A DNA stretch of 64,000 nt, taken from NCBI GenBank assembly GCA_964645555.1, contig CAZYBP010000001.1:759-64758 (forward strand), written 5' to 3'. The notes beneath the pieces were generated by a model. That model was not told where the DNA came from and did no database searches. It saw nothing but the letters and a program-made list of their open reading frames with translations. Within the stretch, counting starts at the first letter, position 1. Each line of letters starts with the position of its first letter. This document shows positions 48,617 through 57,473 of the stretch, piece after piece. Source of the DNA: an uncultured Gammaproteobacteria bacterium (GTDB taxonomy: Bacteria; Patescibacteriota; Microgenomatia; Daviesbacterales; UBA10151). The position numbers and the translations under genes are program-made.

Positions 48617-49681
48617 TTAACTGAATTTATATTCCGATTTAAACCAGGTTATAGATTTTTTAAGTCCCGTTTCTAAACCAACTTTTGGATAGTAACCGAC
48701 ATCATTTTTTATTTTAGTTAAATCCGGACAACGTCTGGTAGGCTCACCTGCCGGATAATGTCTTGGGTAACTTTTACGTCTTGGTTTGGCGCCATTTTTC
48801 AGTAAATTGCAAATCGTAGATGCCAGCTCAAACATACTTACTTCCGGCTGATTATTACCAACATTGTAGACCTCCCCATTTTTACCCAAAAGCAAAACTT
48901 TAAAAATAGCAGTAAGGGCATCCGTGATATAACAAAAAGTCCGTGTTTGAATTCCCTTATCATGAACGGGTAAACTTCTACCCCTCAAACCATGATATAA
49001 AAATGTGGGGATAACACGGTAGTCTGTGTGTCTCATGCCCGGGCCATAAATATTGAAAGGTCTAACAATTTTAATAGGTACTTTATAAATGTCATAATAA
49101 ATCATACATAGAGTTTCTGCCAATCTTTTTGATTCATCATAACAAGCCCTAGGTCCAACACTGGAAACACGTCCGGCGTATGTTTCCGGGGTAGGAACGG
49201 CTGTACCTTCGGGATCTCCGTATATTTCACTTGATGAAAAAAATAAAAAACTTTCTACTTTATTAAGGCGTGCCAATTCCAAAAGGTTTTTGGCTCCTAA
49301 AATTGCACTTTCGATTGTTTCCAACGGGTACTTTTTATAATAAAAGGGTGATGCCAGTCCCGCAGCATGGATTATATAATCAATTTTTTCATCAAGATTA
49401 AGTGGCAACCTGACATCTGAATGTAAAAATTTAAATCTTTTATCTTTTATATCGATGATAAAATTTTTTCTTGAGCCGGTTATATAGTTATCTAAAGAAA
49501 TAACTTTGCATTTTTCTTTTAAGACGTTTTTATTGAGAAGATAAAGTACTGCGTTTAAATAAGTACCTATAAAACCTGATCCTCCGGAAATTAGAATAGT
49601 CTTTCCTTCCAGTAATTTGGCCTCTTTTTTTATATCATCCAATACTACCTTTAAATCATTTACAACTGATCTATTGCTCAT
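48617..49681 (-). CDS. UDP-glucuronate decarboxylase / NDP-sugar 4,6-dehydratase family (extended SDR)
   Basis: ILISGGSGFIGTYL and CYDESKRLAE...RPFNIYGPGM resemble the UXS/ArnA-type YDEGKR block. Confidence 0.6.
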   Translation of the reverse strand: MSNRSVVNDLKVVLDDIKKEAKLLEGKTILISGGSGFIGTYLNAVLYLLNKNVLKEKCKVISLDNYITGSRKNFIIDIKDKRFKFLHSDVRLPLNLDEKIDYIIHAAGLASPFYYKKYPLETIESAILGAKNLLELARLNKVESFLFFSSSEIYGDPEGTAVPTPETYAGRVSSVGPRACYDESKRLAETLCMIYYDIYKVPIKIVRPFNIYGPGMRHTDYRVIPTFLYHGLRGRSLPVHDKGIQTRTFCYITDALTAIFKVLLLGKNGEVYNVGNNQPEVSMFELASTICNLLKNGAKPRRKSYPRHYPAGEPTRRCPDLTKIKNDVGYYPKVGLETGLKKSITWFKSEYKFS

Positions 49682-50067
49682 ACCAATTTCAATCTGACAA
49701 GATCCCCTTCATATTTGTCTTGCTCCCTCGGCTCTGTGGTAAATGCCAAAAACACACTGTCTTCTAAAAATTCCATAGCGTGCGCGACCATCGGACGTGA
49801 TAAAACCAAATCCCCCGGTTTTAAGATAACCGATTCTCTCTTTGAATTTTTCTTACTCATATCTTTTTCGCTATAGCGGAATTTACCTGATAAACAATAC
49901 ACAAAATGGGCATCTGTTTTATGATAGTGGTTACCACGGGTACTACCTTTTTTGCTGACAATATATAACACAGCCCTGAGGGGATATTTGTCTTGATCTA
50001 TTAACCGGGTAATGTAACCTCGCTCGTCGGTAAATTCAGGTTTATTTTTTATAACTTTAATTGGCAT
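49678..50067 (-). CDS. Cupin sugar isomerase (FdtA/WxcM-like NDP-4-keto-6-deoxyhexose 3,4-ketoisomerase) candidate
   Basis: 129 aa with ERGYI...RGNHYHK...H motifs typical of WxcM-like cupins. Confidence 0.5.
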   Translation of the reverse strand: MPIKVIKNKPEFTDERGYITRLIDQDKYPLRAVLYIVSKKGSTRGNHYHKTDAHFVYCLSGKFRYSEKDMSKKNSKRESVILKPGDLVLSRPMVAHAMEFLEDSVFLAFTTEPREQDKYEGDLVRLKLV

Positions 50068-50138
50068 CTGAAGTGAAGTTAGTATAGCTTTAGCCTAAAT
50101 TGGTGTCAAGAATTACTTTTTTGATATACTCAACTTTC

Positions 50139-51215
50139 ATGCTTAACAAAAATACATATGATGCGGTAGTAATAGGCGGGGGGTTTTATGGCTGCATTAT
50201 AGCTCTTTTTTTAAAAAGAAAATTTAAAAGGGTACTTCTGATAGAAAAAGGCTCTGACTTGCTACTGAAAGCTTCTTATAATAATCAAGCAAGAATTCAT
50301 AACGGCTATCATTACCCCAGAAGCCATATGACTGCTTTAAGATCACACATAAACTATTCCCGATTTATCTCGGATTTTAAAGATGCAGCTTGTGATAAAT
50401 ACTTAATGATTTATGCCATCGCTGCCAATAATTCAAAAGTTACAGCCGGCCAGTATGTTAAATTTTGTAAATCAATCGGAATCCCCCTTTCGCCTGCAGC
50501 TGATAACATCCGTAAGCTTTTTAACGACAGACTCATTGAGGAAGTATTTGTAGTTGATGAGGCAGTGTTTAATGCCGGAAAGATACGGGATATTCTCAAG
50601 AAAAAACTCTTCTCAGCCGGAGTAAAGGTTATCTATCGAAAAGAAGTTACTAAAGTTACATCAGCAGGACAATTATTAACTTTATATCTTAAAAATGATA
50701 TCACTATAAATAGTAAAAGCGTTTATAACTGCACTTATTCGGCAATTAATCAGATTTTAACTAATTCTTCTTTACCTAAATTACCTTTAAAACACGAGCT
50801 GACAGAAATGCCTCTTATTCAAATGCCCGGAAGATTAAAAAATATGGGTATTACGGTTATGGACGGACCCTTTTTTTCTATAATGCCTTTCCCCGATCTA
50901 AAGATGCATACAATTCACCATGTCCGCTATACACCACACTATTCTACTTTAGATAACTTAGATAACCCCACAAAACCAAACTCTGAATACACTTTTATGA
51001 TTAAAGATGCAATACGTTATATTCCCGAGTTAAGCAAAGTCAAGTATAAAACATCTATTTATGAAACAAAATCTGTCCTTATTGCAGATGAAATAACTGA
51101 CGCCAGACCTATTTTATTTAAAAAAGATTATGTAATAAAAAATTTCCATGTAATTTTGGGTGCAAAGATTGACAATATCTATGACGTTGTTGAAGAAATT
51201 GATAAAAACCTTTAA
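50139..51215 (+). CDS. FAD/NAD(P)-binding oxidoreductase
   Basis: YDAVVIGGGFYGC dinucleotide-binding motif. Start moved to the ATG at 50139 so the Rossmann motif is N-terminal. Confidence 0.45.
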   Translation: MLNKNTYDAVVIGGGFYGCIIALFLKRKFKRVLLIEKGSDLLLKASYNNQARIHNGYHYPRSHMTALRSHINYSRFISDFKDAACDKYLMIYAIAANNSKVTAGQYVKFCKSIGIPLSPAADNIRKLFNDRLIEEVFVVDEAVFNAGKIRDILKKKLFSAGVKVIYRKEVTKVTSAGQLLTLYLKNDITINSKSVYNCTYSAINQILTNSSLPKLPLKHELTEMPLIQMPGRLKNMGITVMDGPFFSIMPFPDLKMHTIHHVRYTPHYSTLDNLDNPTKPNSEYTFMIKDAIRYIPELSKVKYKTSIYETKSVLIADEITDARPILFKKDYVIKNFHVILGAKIDNIYDVVEEIDKNL

Positions 51216-52000
51216 GGATTATATGTACCAAATGCAGTTTTTATAACAGTTACTAGAAAATCCAGATGTCCTGTTACACTTTTAATCTTTGTCGGTATCT
51301 CATGTTTTGGGTACGCTCTTGAAACTGGAAGCTCTGTTACTTTAAACCCCAATTGAGCTGCTTTAACAGGTAAATAAAAAAGCAATTCATATTTAATGAA
51401 TAAATCTCTAAACAGTTTAACTTTTGGACTAAGTAAAACTCTTTTACTGTAAGCACGGAAACCATTGGTTATGTCTGAAAACCAATATCCGGAAGCTATA
51501 CTGAGAAAAGGAGAAATTAAAAACCTTATTCCTAACCACCTAAGAGGCGGTGTATTTATCGCCTTGCCCCCTTTCATAAAACGGGAGCCCTGGATATAAT
51601 CAAATCCCCGGTCCAATTGTTTAATGAATGCTGGTATAGCCTCCACCCCATCTTTACCATTACCATCTATAGTAATAATACCCTCATATCCCTCACGTAA
51701 AGCATATGAAAAACCCATTCTTAATTGTGTACTTTGTCTGCCCGGTGATGTCTTTGTTAATAATGTCCTCACCGCCATTTCTTTCAAGAAGGATTTATCT
51801 AAAGAATCATCAGTACTGCCACCATCTAAAATAAGAATATCTATTAATTTAGCATATTTCTTAGTTTTAAATAATTGTTTCCTGATTCTTTCACCTTCAT
51901 TAATAACAGGTATGCAAAGACAATATTTTGTCTTTCTTTTCCTAAACTCCTCAACAGTAAACTTAGGCAATTGCCAATTTTGATCGTTTAGATTACTCAT
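51212..52000 (-). CDS. Glycosyltransferase family 2
   Basis: CLCIPVINEGERI...ILDGGSTDDS. Confidence 0.65.
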   Translation of the reverse strand: MSNLNDQNWQLPKFTVEEFRKRKTKYCLCIPVINEGERIRKQLFKTKKYAKLIDILILDGGSTDDSLDKSFLKEMAVRTLLTKTSPGRQSTQLRMGFSYALREGYEGIITIDGNGKDGVEAIPAFIKQLDRGFDYIQGSRFMKGGKAINTPPLRWLGIRFLISPFLSIASGYWFSDITNGFRAYSKRVLLSPKVKLFRDLFIKYELLFYLPVKAAQLGFKVTELPVSRAYPKHEIPTKIKSVTGHLDFLVTVIKTAFGTYNP

Positions 52001-52998
52001 ACCACATTAAGCTTATCTTTATTTAAATTAATAACTGATTTGTCCATCTCATCAGCAATAAAATATAACGGTTCATTTCGGGATTCATTTAAGATTCTTA
52101 TTATATATTCTGAGATTAATGTCAGAAGTGAGAATAAAAGAAAAAACATACCTCCAAGCACACTAGCCAAAGTTACCCATCCTTTTGGTGCAAAGTAAGT
52201 TTTGAAAAAAACAGCTGATATGACAACAAAAATAACGTACATCAAAAATACCATACTGATGATCATCCCGGCTGTTGCTAATATTCTGATCGGCTTGAAA
52301 GAGTTTGAGATAACAATATCTGTTACTATCAGTAATATCTCAAAAAAATTTGGAGTCTTAACTTTGATATTGCCCATTAAAGGCTTATATTCCATAATCA
52401 ATCTTCTAAAACCTATTAGATGAGAGATATAACTAAGATTCCTGCTTTTTCTTCTAATTCTGGTTATCGAATTGATAGCCTTTCTATTAACTCCCAGAAG
52501 GTGAATCGGTTCATAACTAAATCCGTGAGTTGACAATTTTTCAATGGTTGATAAAAATAGTCCGCTAAGAGACCATTTCGCTATGGTTCTTTCAACGGAT
52601 TTGGCAATTACAATGTCGTACTTTTCCAAAAGCGGATCTATTAGATAAAGTATTGCACTGGGTGACACTACTTTAATGTCTAAAAGTACAGCATAATCTC
52701 CAATACAATTATCTAATCCCGCTGAAAAAGCTATATCGGTACTTGTTGCTTTTGATAATCTAATAATCTTAATGTGGGGAATTTGACGGTGTAAAGCTCG
52801 GACTTTACTCACTGTATCATCCTTGGAATTATTATCCACTATTAATATTTCGTAATTTTGATAGTTATTTGACAGAACTTCGTTTATTTTCTTGAGTATC
52901 TTTCCAACCACCTGACCATCATTATCAGTTACAATAATGGTAGTAATGATTATTTCTCTGGTAGACGCTATCTCTTTTGGGCTTTTCTTGTTTTTCAT
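51997..52998 (-). CDS. Polyprenyl-phosphate glycosyltransferase (GtrB/ArnC-like GT2 with two C-terminal TM helices)
   Basis: GT2 core (ILIVDNNSKDDT) plus a C-terminal pair of hydrophobic helices (…IISMVFLMYVIFVV… / …GGMFFLLFSLLTLI…), the architecture of lipid-phosphate sugar synthases that feed GT-C enzymes. Confidence 0.7.
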   Translation of the reverse strand: MKNKKSPKEIASTREIIITTIIVTDNDGQVVGKILKKINEVLSNNYQNYEILIVDNNSKDDTVSKVRALHRQIPHIKIIRLSKATSTDIAFSAGLDNCIGDYAVLLDIKVVSPSAILYLIDPLLEKYDIVIAKSVERTIAKWSLSGLFLSTIEKLSTHGFSYEPIHLLGVNRKAINSITRIRRKSRNLSYISHLIGFRRLIMEYKPLMGNIKVKTPNFFEILLIVTDIVISNSFKPIRILATAGMIISMVFLMYVIFVVISAVFFKTYFAPKGWVTLASVLGGMFFLLFSLLTLISEYIIRILNESRNEPLYFIADEMDKSVINLNKDKLNVV

Positions 52999-53014
52999 GA
53001 TTTATTGTCACATA

Positions 53015-53068
53015 ATACCGAGCAGCCCTTCGGTCTGAGCACTCAGTGTCCAAGACCTGCTGCGGGGT
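53015..53068 (+). other. GC-rich (about 65% GC) structured element in a 139-nt divergent spacer; candidate cis-regulatory RNA / small ncRNA
   Basis: accgagcagcccttcggtctgagcactcagtgtccaagacctgctgcgggg. Outer gcagc/gctgc helix (53022-26 with 53059-63), internal C(UUCG)G tetraloop motif at 53028-33, ctga/tcag hairpin at 53035-46 and gtc/gac hairpin at 53048-56. Surrounding DNA is under 35% GC. Confidence 0.3.
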
Positions 53069-53136
53069 AATTCATTAATCTGAATATTAACAGAATATTT
53101 ATCTATGTTACAATATTTTAAAGATCACTAGTTTAA

Positions 53137-55452
53137 ATGTTTTTTTTAATCGCTCTTTTTCTCATTATCATATTATCAGGATTTGTGATTGTCAGAACAA
53201 TCACTAAAGAGACTGATTCATTTATATTACTGCCTGTTTCTCAAATAGTTGGAGCAATTTTTTATATCTTTTTGCTCAATCTAGTTTCCAAGATTTTTCC
53301 CGGGCTAGCAGGCATCAGTATATCTACCATCGGATTAATATTTCTGACGGCTCTTGTTTTTCTAAAATATAAATCCGGTTGGATTAAATTAAGCCCCTTA
53401 TCCTCAAATAATAAATTTTTGGTCCTTCTGATAATTTCTGTAATTTTAATCTTATCAATCCTGAGAATGTTTACTGTACTCCCGGCTGCGGATTCCTCTA
53501 TGCAGTGGGCATATGCAGCAAGCTTTGCCCGGGGAAATCAACCGTTGATGACTTCTTGGCAACCTGATTTGACTCCGAATTATCATCTTGGGGCATATTT
53601 TCTGGAAGGGGCATTATATAGGCTGACAGGAGCAACTTTTCTATTAATTCACACAATATTTAATATTTATTTGCTTCTGGCAGGTAGTTTAATGGTGATA
53701 TTTTTGCTGTGGAAAAAAGGGGGAAACTATACAAAAATTTGGGCAATTGTCTCTGTGATAATATTTTTCATCTCATACGGGGTGATTATTGTAGCTTTAC
53801 CTAATTTTTCCTCTCAACCACAACTGGTTGAAATTTATAAATTGAAGGATTTTGTTTTGGCTAAAGGAGACGCAGGCGCATCTTTGATTGACTTAAATTC
53901 CCTAAGCTATTTACCCGCCAGATCACTAAGTATTGGTTTTGCTTTAACACTTTTATATTTTATGAGCACTCCTTTTAAAAAGAATTTGCTTAAAATTATT
54001 TCCCTTTCAATACTTTTGTCTATATCCGCCCTGGTTGAAGAATCACTGTTTTTACCGCTGATGCTGACTGTCGTTTCTATTTTTATATTGTCGCTTTTTT
54101 CATTCATTCCTAAACTAGAGTATATCGCCAAAATTAGGAAACTGCTGTTTGTCGTCATAATGCTGACAACTGTTATTGTTATTTTCCAGGGAGGTTTTGT
54201 CACCGATAATATGTTCGGCGCCAAAAGAGAGTCGCAAGCTTACAGGATTGTTAACCCGTTGGCTGGTGAGGATGCCTTCATCAGTACTAATATATTCAAA
54301 GATATTTATTTTAAATCCAATCTATGGTTTCCTTTTTCCGGATGGTTTGTACCCTCGCCGCTCTGGTTTATACTGATTTTGGTAATTTATTCGTATATTA
54401 AAAAGGAACCCTTCACCGGTTCAACAGCCCTATTTGCCGCCGTATGTTTTACATTGTTTTTGACTGCTCAATATAAATATTGTACCCAGTGCAATATAAG
54501 ACTGCATAGTTTCGGATACATAGCCTTAGGATTTGGCATTTTTTATCTGATTATCGACCTGCTCAAAAAAACCTCCAAAAAGAAAAACCTAATAAGTTTA
54601 GTCCTATTTATAGTTTTCATACTGATACCAACTATTAGTTCTGATCTTTATTATCAAGATAAAAATATTAATGAGGGTATTCGAGAAAAAAAACCAAGCA
54701 TTATACTTTCCCCGCGGAATTCCATTCCGGATGAGATTGGTATATGGGCCAGAGATAATATTCCCCCCAACGAAAGAATCATTGTGCTTGATGCCGGCTT
54801 CCCCTCTCCCGGAGGCTCTCTTAATTTTCAATATCACGGGTTATATACTATCTTAGGTCCTCAATATGTCAGGGTTAACCGGCAAGAACCGGGTATGGAG
54901 TTTTTTGATCTTGCACTAACTCTAAATCCGTCTTTACTCACCAAAACGAAAACCCGTTATGTTTATATAGAATCGTCATCGCCTGCCTACAAACAACTTC
55001 CTGATTTCAGAAAACAGGAATTAAATAATCCTAATTTCTTTCAGATTCTGAAACGGCTTGAAAGTAATGGTGTCTTTTATGAAATATTACAAGTACTGCC
55101 TCAATATTTAAATGAAAGTATAGGCGGCAAGGAGATAAATGAAGGCAGGTTGGACCAATTAAAAACACTCGTACCAAAAGAGTCCTCAGTTTATCTAAGT
55201 GATTATGGAGACACTCCAGAACTCCTCTCATTCTGGTACAGAATGGCAACAACTTTTAGCCTCGGAGAACACAATCTGGTAATGAATCTTTCACAAACAA
55301 CCTATCAGGTGATCGAAACGGAATTTACCAGAAGACAGGTGCAAGAAGGAGAGGTTTACGATTATTATGTCTTGGGCCCGGGCAAAAAATTGGATTTTAA
55401 CGCGGAACTTATTTGGTCTAATATGTTTGCCTCAGCCTGGAAAAGAATATAA
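53137..55452 (+). CDS. Family-C polytopic membrane protein with C-terminal soluble domain (GT-C-like candidate)
   Basis: AADSSMQWAYAASFARGN...WQPDLTPNYHLGAYFLEGAL. About 50% identical to 34380..36716 along its length. Confidence 0.6.
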   Translation: MFFLIALFLIIILSGFVIVRTITKETDSFILLPVSQIVGAIFYIFLLNLVSKIFPGLAGISISTIGLIFLTALVFLKYKSGWIKLSPLSSNNKFLVLLIISVILILSILRMFTVLPAADSSMQWAYAASFARGNQPLMTSWQPDLTPNYHLGAYFLEGALYRLTGATFLLIHTIFNIYLLLAGSLMVIFLLWKKGGNYTKIWAIVSVIIFFISYGVIIVALPNFSSQPQLVEIYKLKDFVLAKGDAGASLIDLNSLSYLPARSLSIGFALTLLYFMSTPFKKNLLKIISLSILLSISALVEESLFLPLMLTVVSIFILSLFSFIPKLEYIAKIRKLLFVVIMLTTVIVIFQGGFVTDNMFGAKRESQAYRIVNPLAGEDAFISTNIFKDIYFKSNLWFPFSGWFVPSPLWFILILVIYSYIKKEPFTGSTALFAAVCFTLFLTAQYKYCTQCNIRLHSFGYIALGFGIFYLIIDLLKKTSKKKNLISLVLFIVFILIPTISSDLYYQDKNINEGIREKKPSIILSPRNSIPDEIGIWARDNIPPNERIIVLDAGFPSPGGSLNFQYHGLYTILGPQYVRVNRQEPGMEFFDLALTLNPSLLTKTKTRYVYIESSSPAYKQLPDFRKQELNNPNFFQILKRLESNGVFYEILQVLPQYLNESIGGKEINEGRLDQLKTLVPKESSVYLSDYGDTPELLSFWYRMATTFSLGEHNLVMNLSQTTYQVIETEFTRRQVQEGEVYDYYVLGPGKKLDFNAELIWSNMFASAWKRI

Positions 55453-55462
55453 AAAGTTTTAA

Positions 55463-56362
55463 TTATTTGTAGGCTTTAATAAAGATGGTTGTTCCAGTTG
55501 ACGGATGATTACATCCATTAAACCCGTCTGCAAACTCTGCTAGAGCATAATACAACTTAATCAGCGAAGATCTTTTTTTTACATCAAAGTGTTCAAATTT
55601 ATTAGCTTGCCTGGCAAACTGTTTAGATAATTTATTACCGGCTAATAAACGTGCTCCTAAATTAATTAGGTAGTGATTAAAAGGCAAACACCATCTGGTC
55701 TGAACTTCCAATATTTTAATTTTAAATCCTGCCTTTTTTACTACACTGACAATCTCATCTTTGCTATATAATCTAAGATGCTGATTCCAAATACCCGCTA
55801 AAAAACCACTCTTAAAGTGGAAGTTTAACAATCTTTCCGAAACCCAGTTAACCGGATCCCATAAAAAAGGATAGTTTTTGTTTGGGACAGTCAGCAGTAG
55901 TATTCCTTCTTTTTTCATACACCTGTATACTTCTTTTAATCCTGCTAAGTCATCAGGTAAGTGCTCAGCCACCTCGCTCATAACCACCTTGTCAAAAAAA
56001 TTATCTTCAAACGGCATTTTAACAATATCGCCCTCTATTAAGTAGATTCCTTTTTTAATATTTTTTTCCCAGCTGGTAACTTTCTTATATTTAATTTTTA
56101 AATTACTAAAATTCCTTTCAGCCGCAAGTAAGTTTTTTGCATCATACTCTAAACCCACACCGAATATTTTTTCCAGCTGAGAGGCAAGTAAAATATAGTA
56201 CCCATCACCACAACCAACATCCAATATCCTATCGCTCGTTTTGGGATTTAGCTCTGTTAAAATTCTTCTGGCTTTTCTTTTTAGCGAAAGATCAGCTGTA
56301 TTTTCAAGTAGTCTGCTTATTCTTTTATTAAGCTTTGATTTCATATTCATTGACAAAAACAC
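55463..56362 (-). CDS. Class I SAM-dependent methyltransferase
   Basis: ILDVGCGDGYYIL motif I. 299 aa. Confidence 0.75.
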   Translation of the reverse strand: MFLSMNMKSKLNKRISRLLENTADLSLKRKARRILTELNPKTSDRILDVGCGDGYYILLASQLEKIFGVGLEYDAKNLLAAERNFSNLKIKYKKVTSWEKNIKKGIYLIEGDIVKMPFEDNFFDKVVMSEVAEHLPDDLAGLKEVYRCMKKEGILLLTVPNKNYPFLWDPVNWVSERLLNFHFKSGFLAGIWNQHLRLYSKDEIVSVVKKAGFKIKILEVQTRWCLPFNHYLINLGARLLAGNKLSKQFARQANKFEHFDVKKRSSLIKLYYALAEFADGFNGCNHPSTGTTIFIKAYK

Positions 56363-57473
56363 TAGCGTTTTTATTACTATAAAGTTTTTCTATATGACCT
56401 CTGGAGTTTTGCTGTAATCTTTTGTATAAATTCTCATCTTTATACAATTTAATTATTGCATCTGCAATAGCTTTCGCTTCCACATCAACCAATATTCCCA
56501 CCGTCTCGTCAACAACTTCCTTTATCCCGCCGGTACTGGCTGCGACAACAGGTGTCTTACAGGCCAAAGCTTCCATACTGACTCTGCCTAAAGTTTCTTC
56601 AAAGGAAGGCACCACTACTATATCTGCAGCACTGAAAAAAATTGGTGTTAAAGTATTATCAATTTTTCCCAAAAAATGTAAATTAGGATATTTTTTAGCC
56701 ACACCTTCTATCTCTTCTTTTAACGGACCATCACCAATAATATAAAGTTGAATTTGCCCCGGCAGCAAGGATACAGCTTTCAAAAGAGGCCCTATTCCCT
56801 TCTCTTCTATTAATCTTCCGATGAACAGGACAGAGAATTTATCCTCCCAATTTAGTTTATCTTTAGCAACCCTTTTATCCGTAGGTTTAAAAACATCCAA
56901 ATCTATCCAATAAGCACACTTGCCGATTTTACTCTCGGGAATACCTAACTCCCTTACTTCCTGCTCGGATGCCAATGACACACACAAGACCCTATCTGCA
57001 ATATTAAGCATCTGTTTGGAAAACCAGCCAAAGAAATTCTTTTTGAAATGAAAAACAAATTGCATACTGATAAGTACCCTTTTGCCAAAAAGCTTACTTA
57101 AAACTCCTCCTGCCACAATTCCGCTTATACCTTGAACATGTACAACTTCTATTGAGGGGTATTTAATTAAAGCAATCAGTAGGCCGGCAAAAAGAGGCGG
57201 GGTTAAATAGAAAAATTCCAGCAGAGGATAGTTTAATAATCTGTGAAAGAGGTTTTTTCCAAACCAGGGAATTCTCCAGATAGTCAAATTCTCATCATTC
57301 TCAAGCATTGGCGCCGACACCCTCGTTGAAATAGGCGGCAAAGTAACTACCAACAGTTGATACTTTTTTTTGAGCTCATTTGTTAAATCCGTTAAGTGAG
57401 TTTCCAAACCACCAATGTTTGGCCTAAAACCTATTGAAAGTATTACTGCCTTGGGAGAGAAATTATTTTTCAT
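56328..57473 (-). CDS. Glycosyltransferase family 4 (GT-B)
   Basis: N-terminal GG-containing loop (IGGLETH) and C-terminal GT4 block (…EETLGRVSMEALACKTPVVA…). Confidence 0.7.
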   Translation of the reverse strand: MKNNFSPKAVILSIGFRPNIGGLETHLTDLTNELKKKYQLLVVTLPPISTRVSAPMLENDENLTIWRIPWFGKNLFHRLLNYPLLEFFYLTPPLFAGLLIALIKYPSIEVVHVQGISGIVAGGVLSKLFGKRVLISMQFVFHFKKNFFGWFSKQMLNIADRVLCVSLASEQEVRELGIPESKIGKCAYWIDLDVFKPTDKRVAKDKLNWEDKFSVLFIGRLIEEKGIGPLLKAVSLLPGQIQLYIIGDGPLKEEIEGVAKKYPNLHFLGKIDNTLTPIFFSAADIVVVPSFEETLGRVSMEALACKTPVVAASTGGIKEVVDETVGILVDVEAKAIADAIIKLYKDENLYKRLQQNSRGHIEKLYSNKNASVFVNEYEIKA

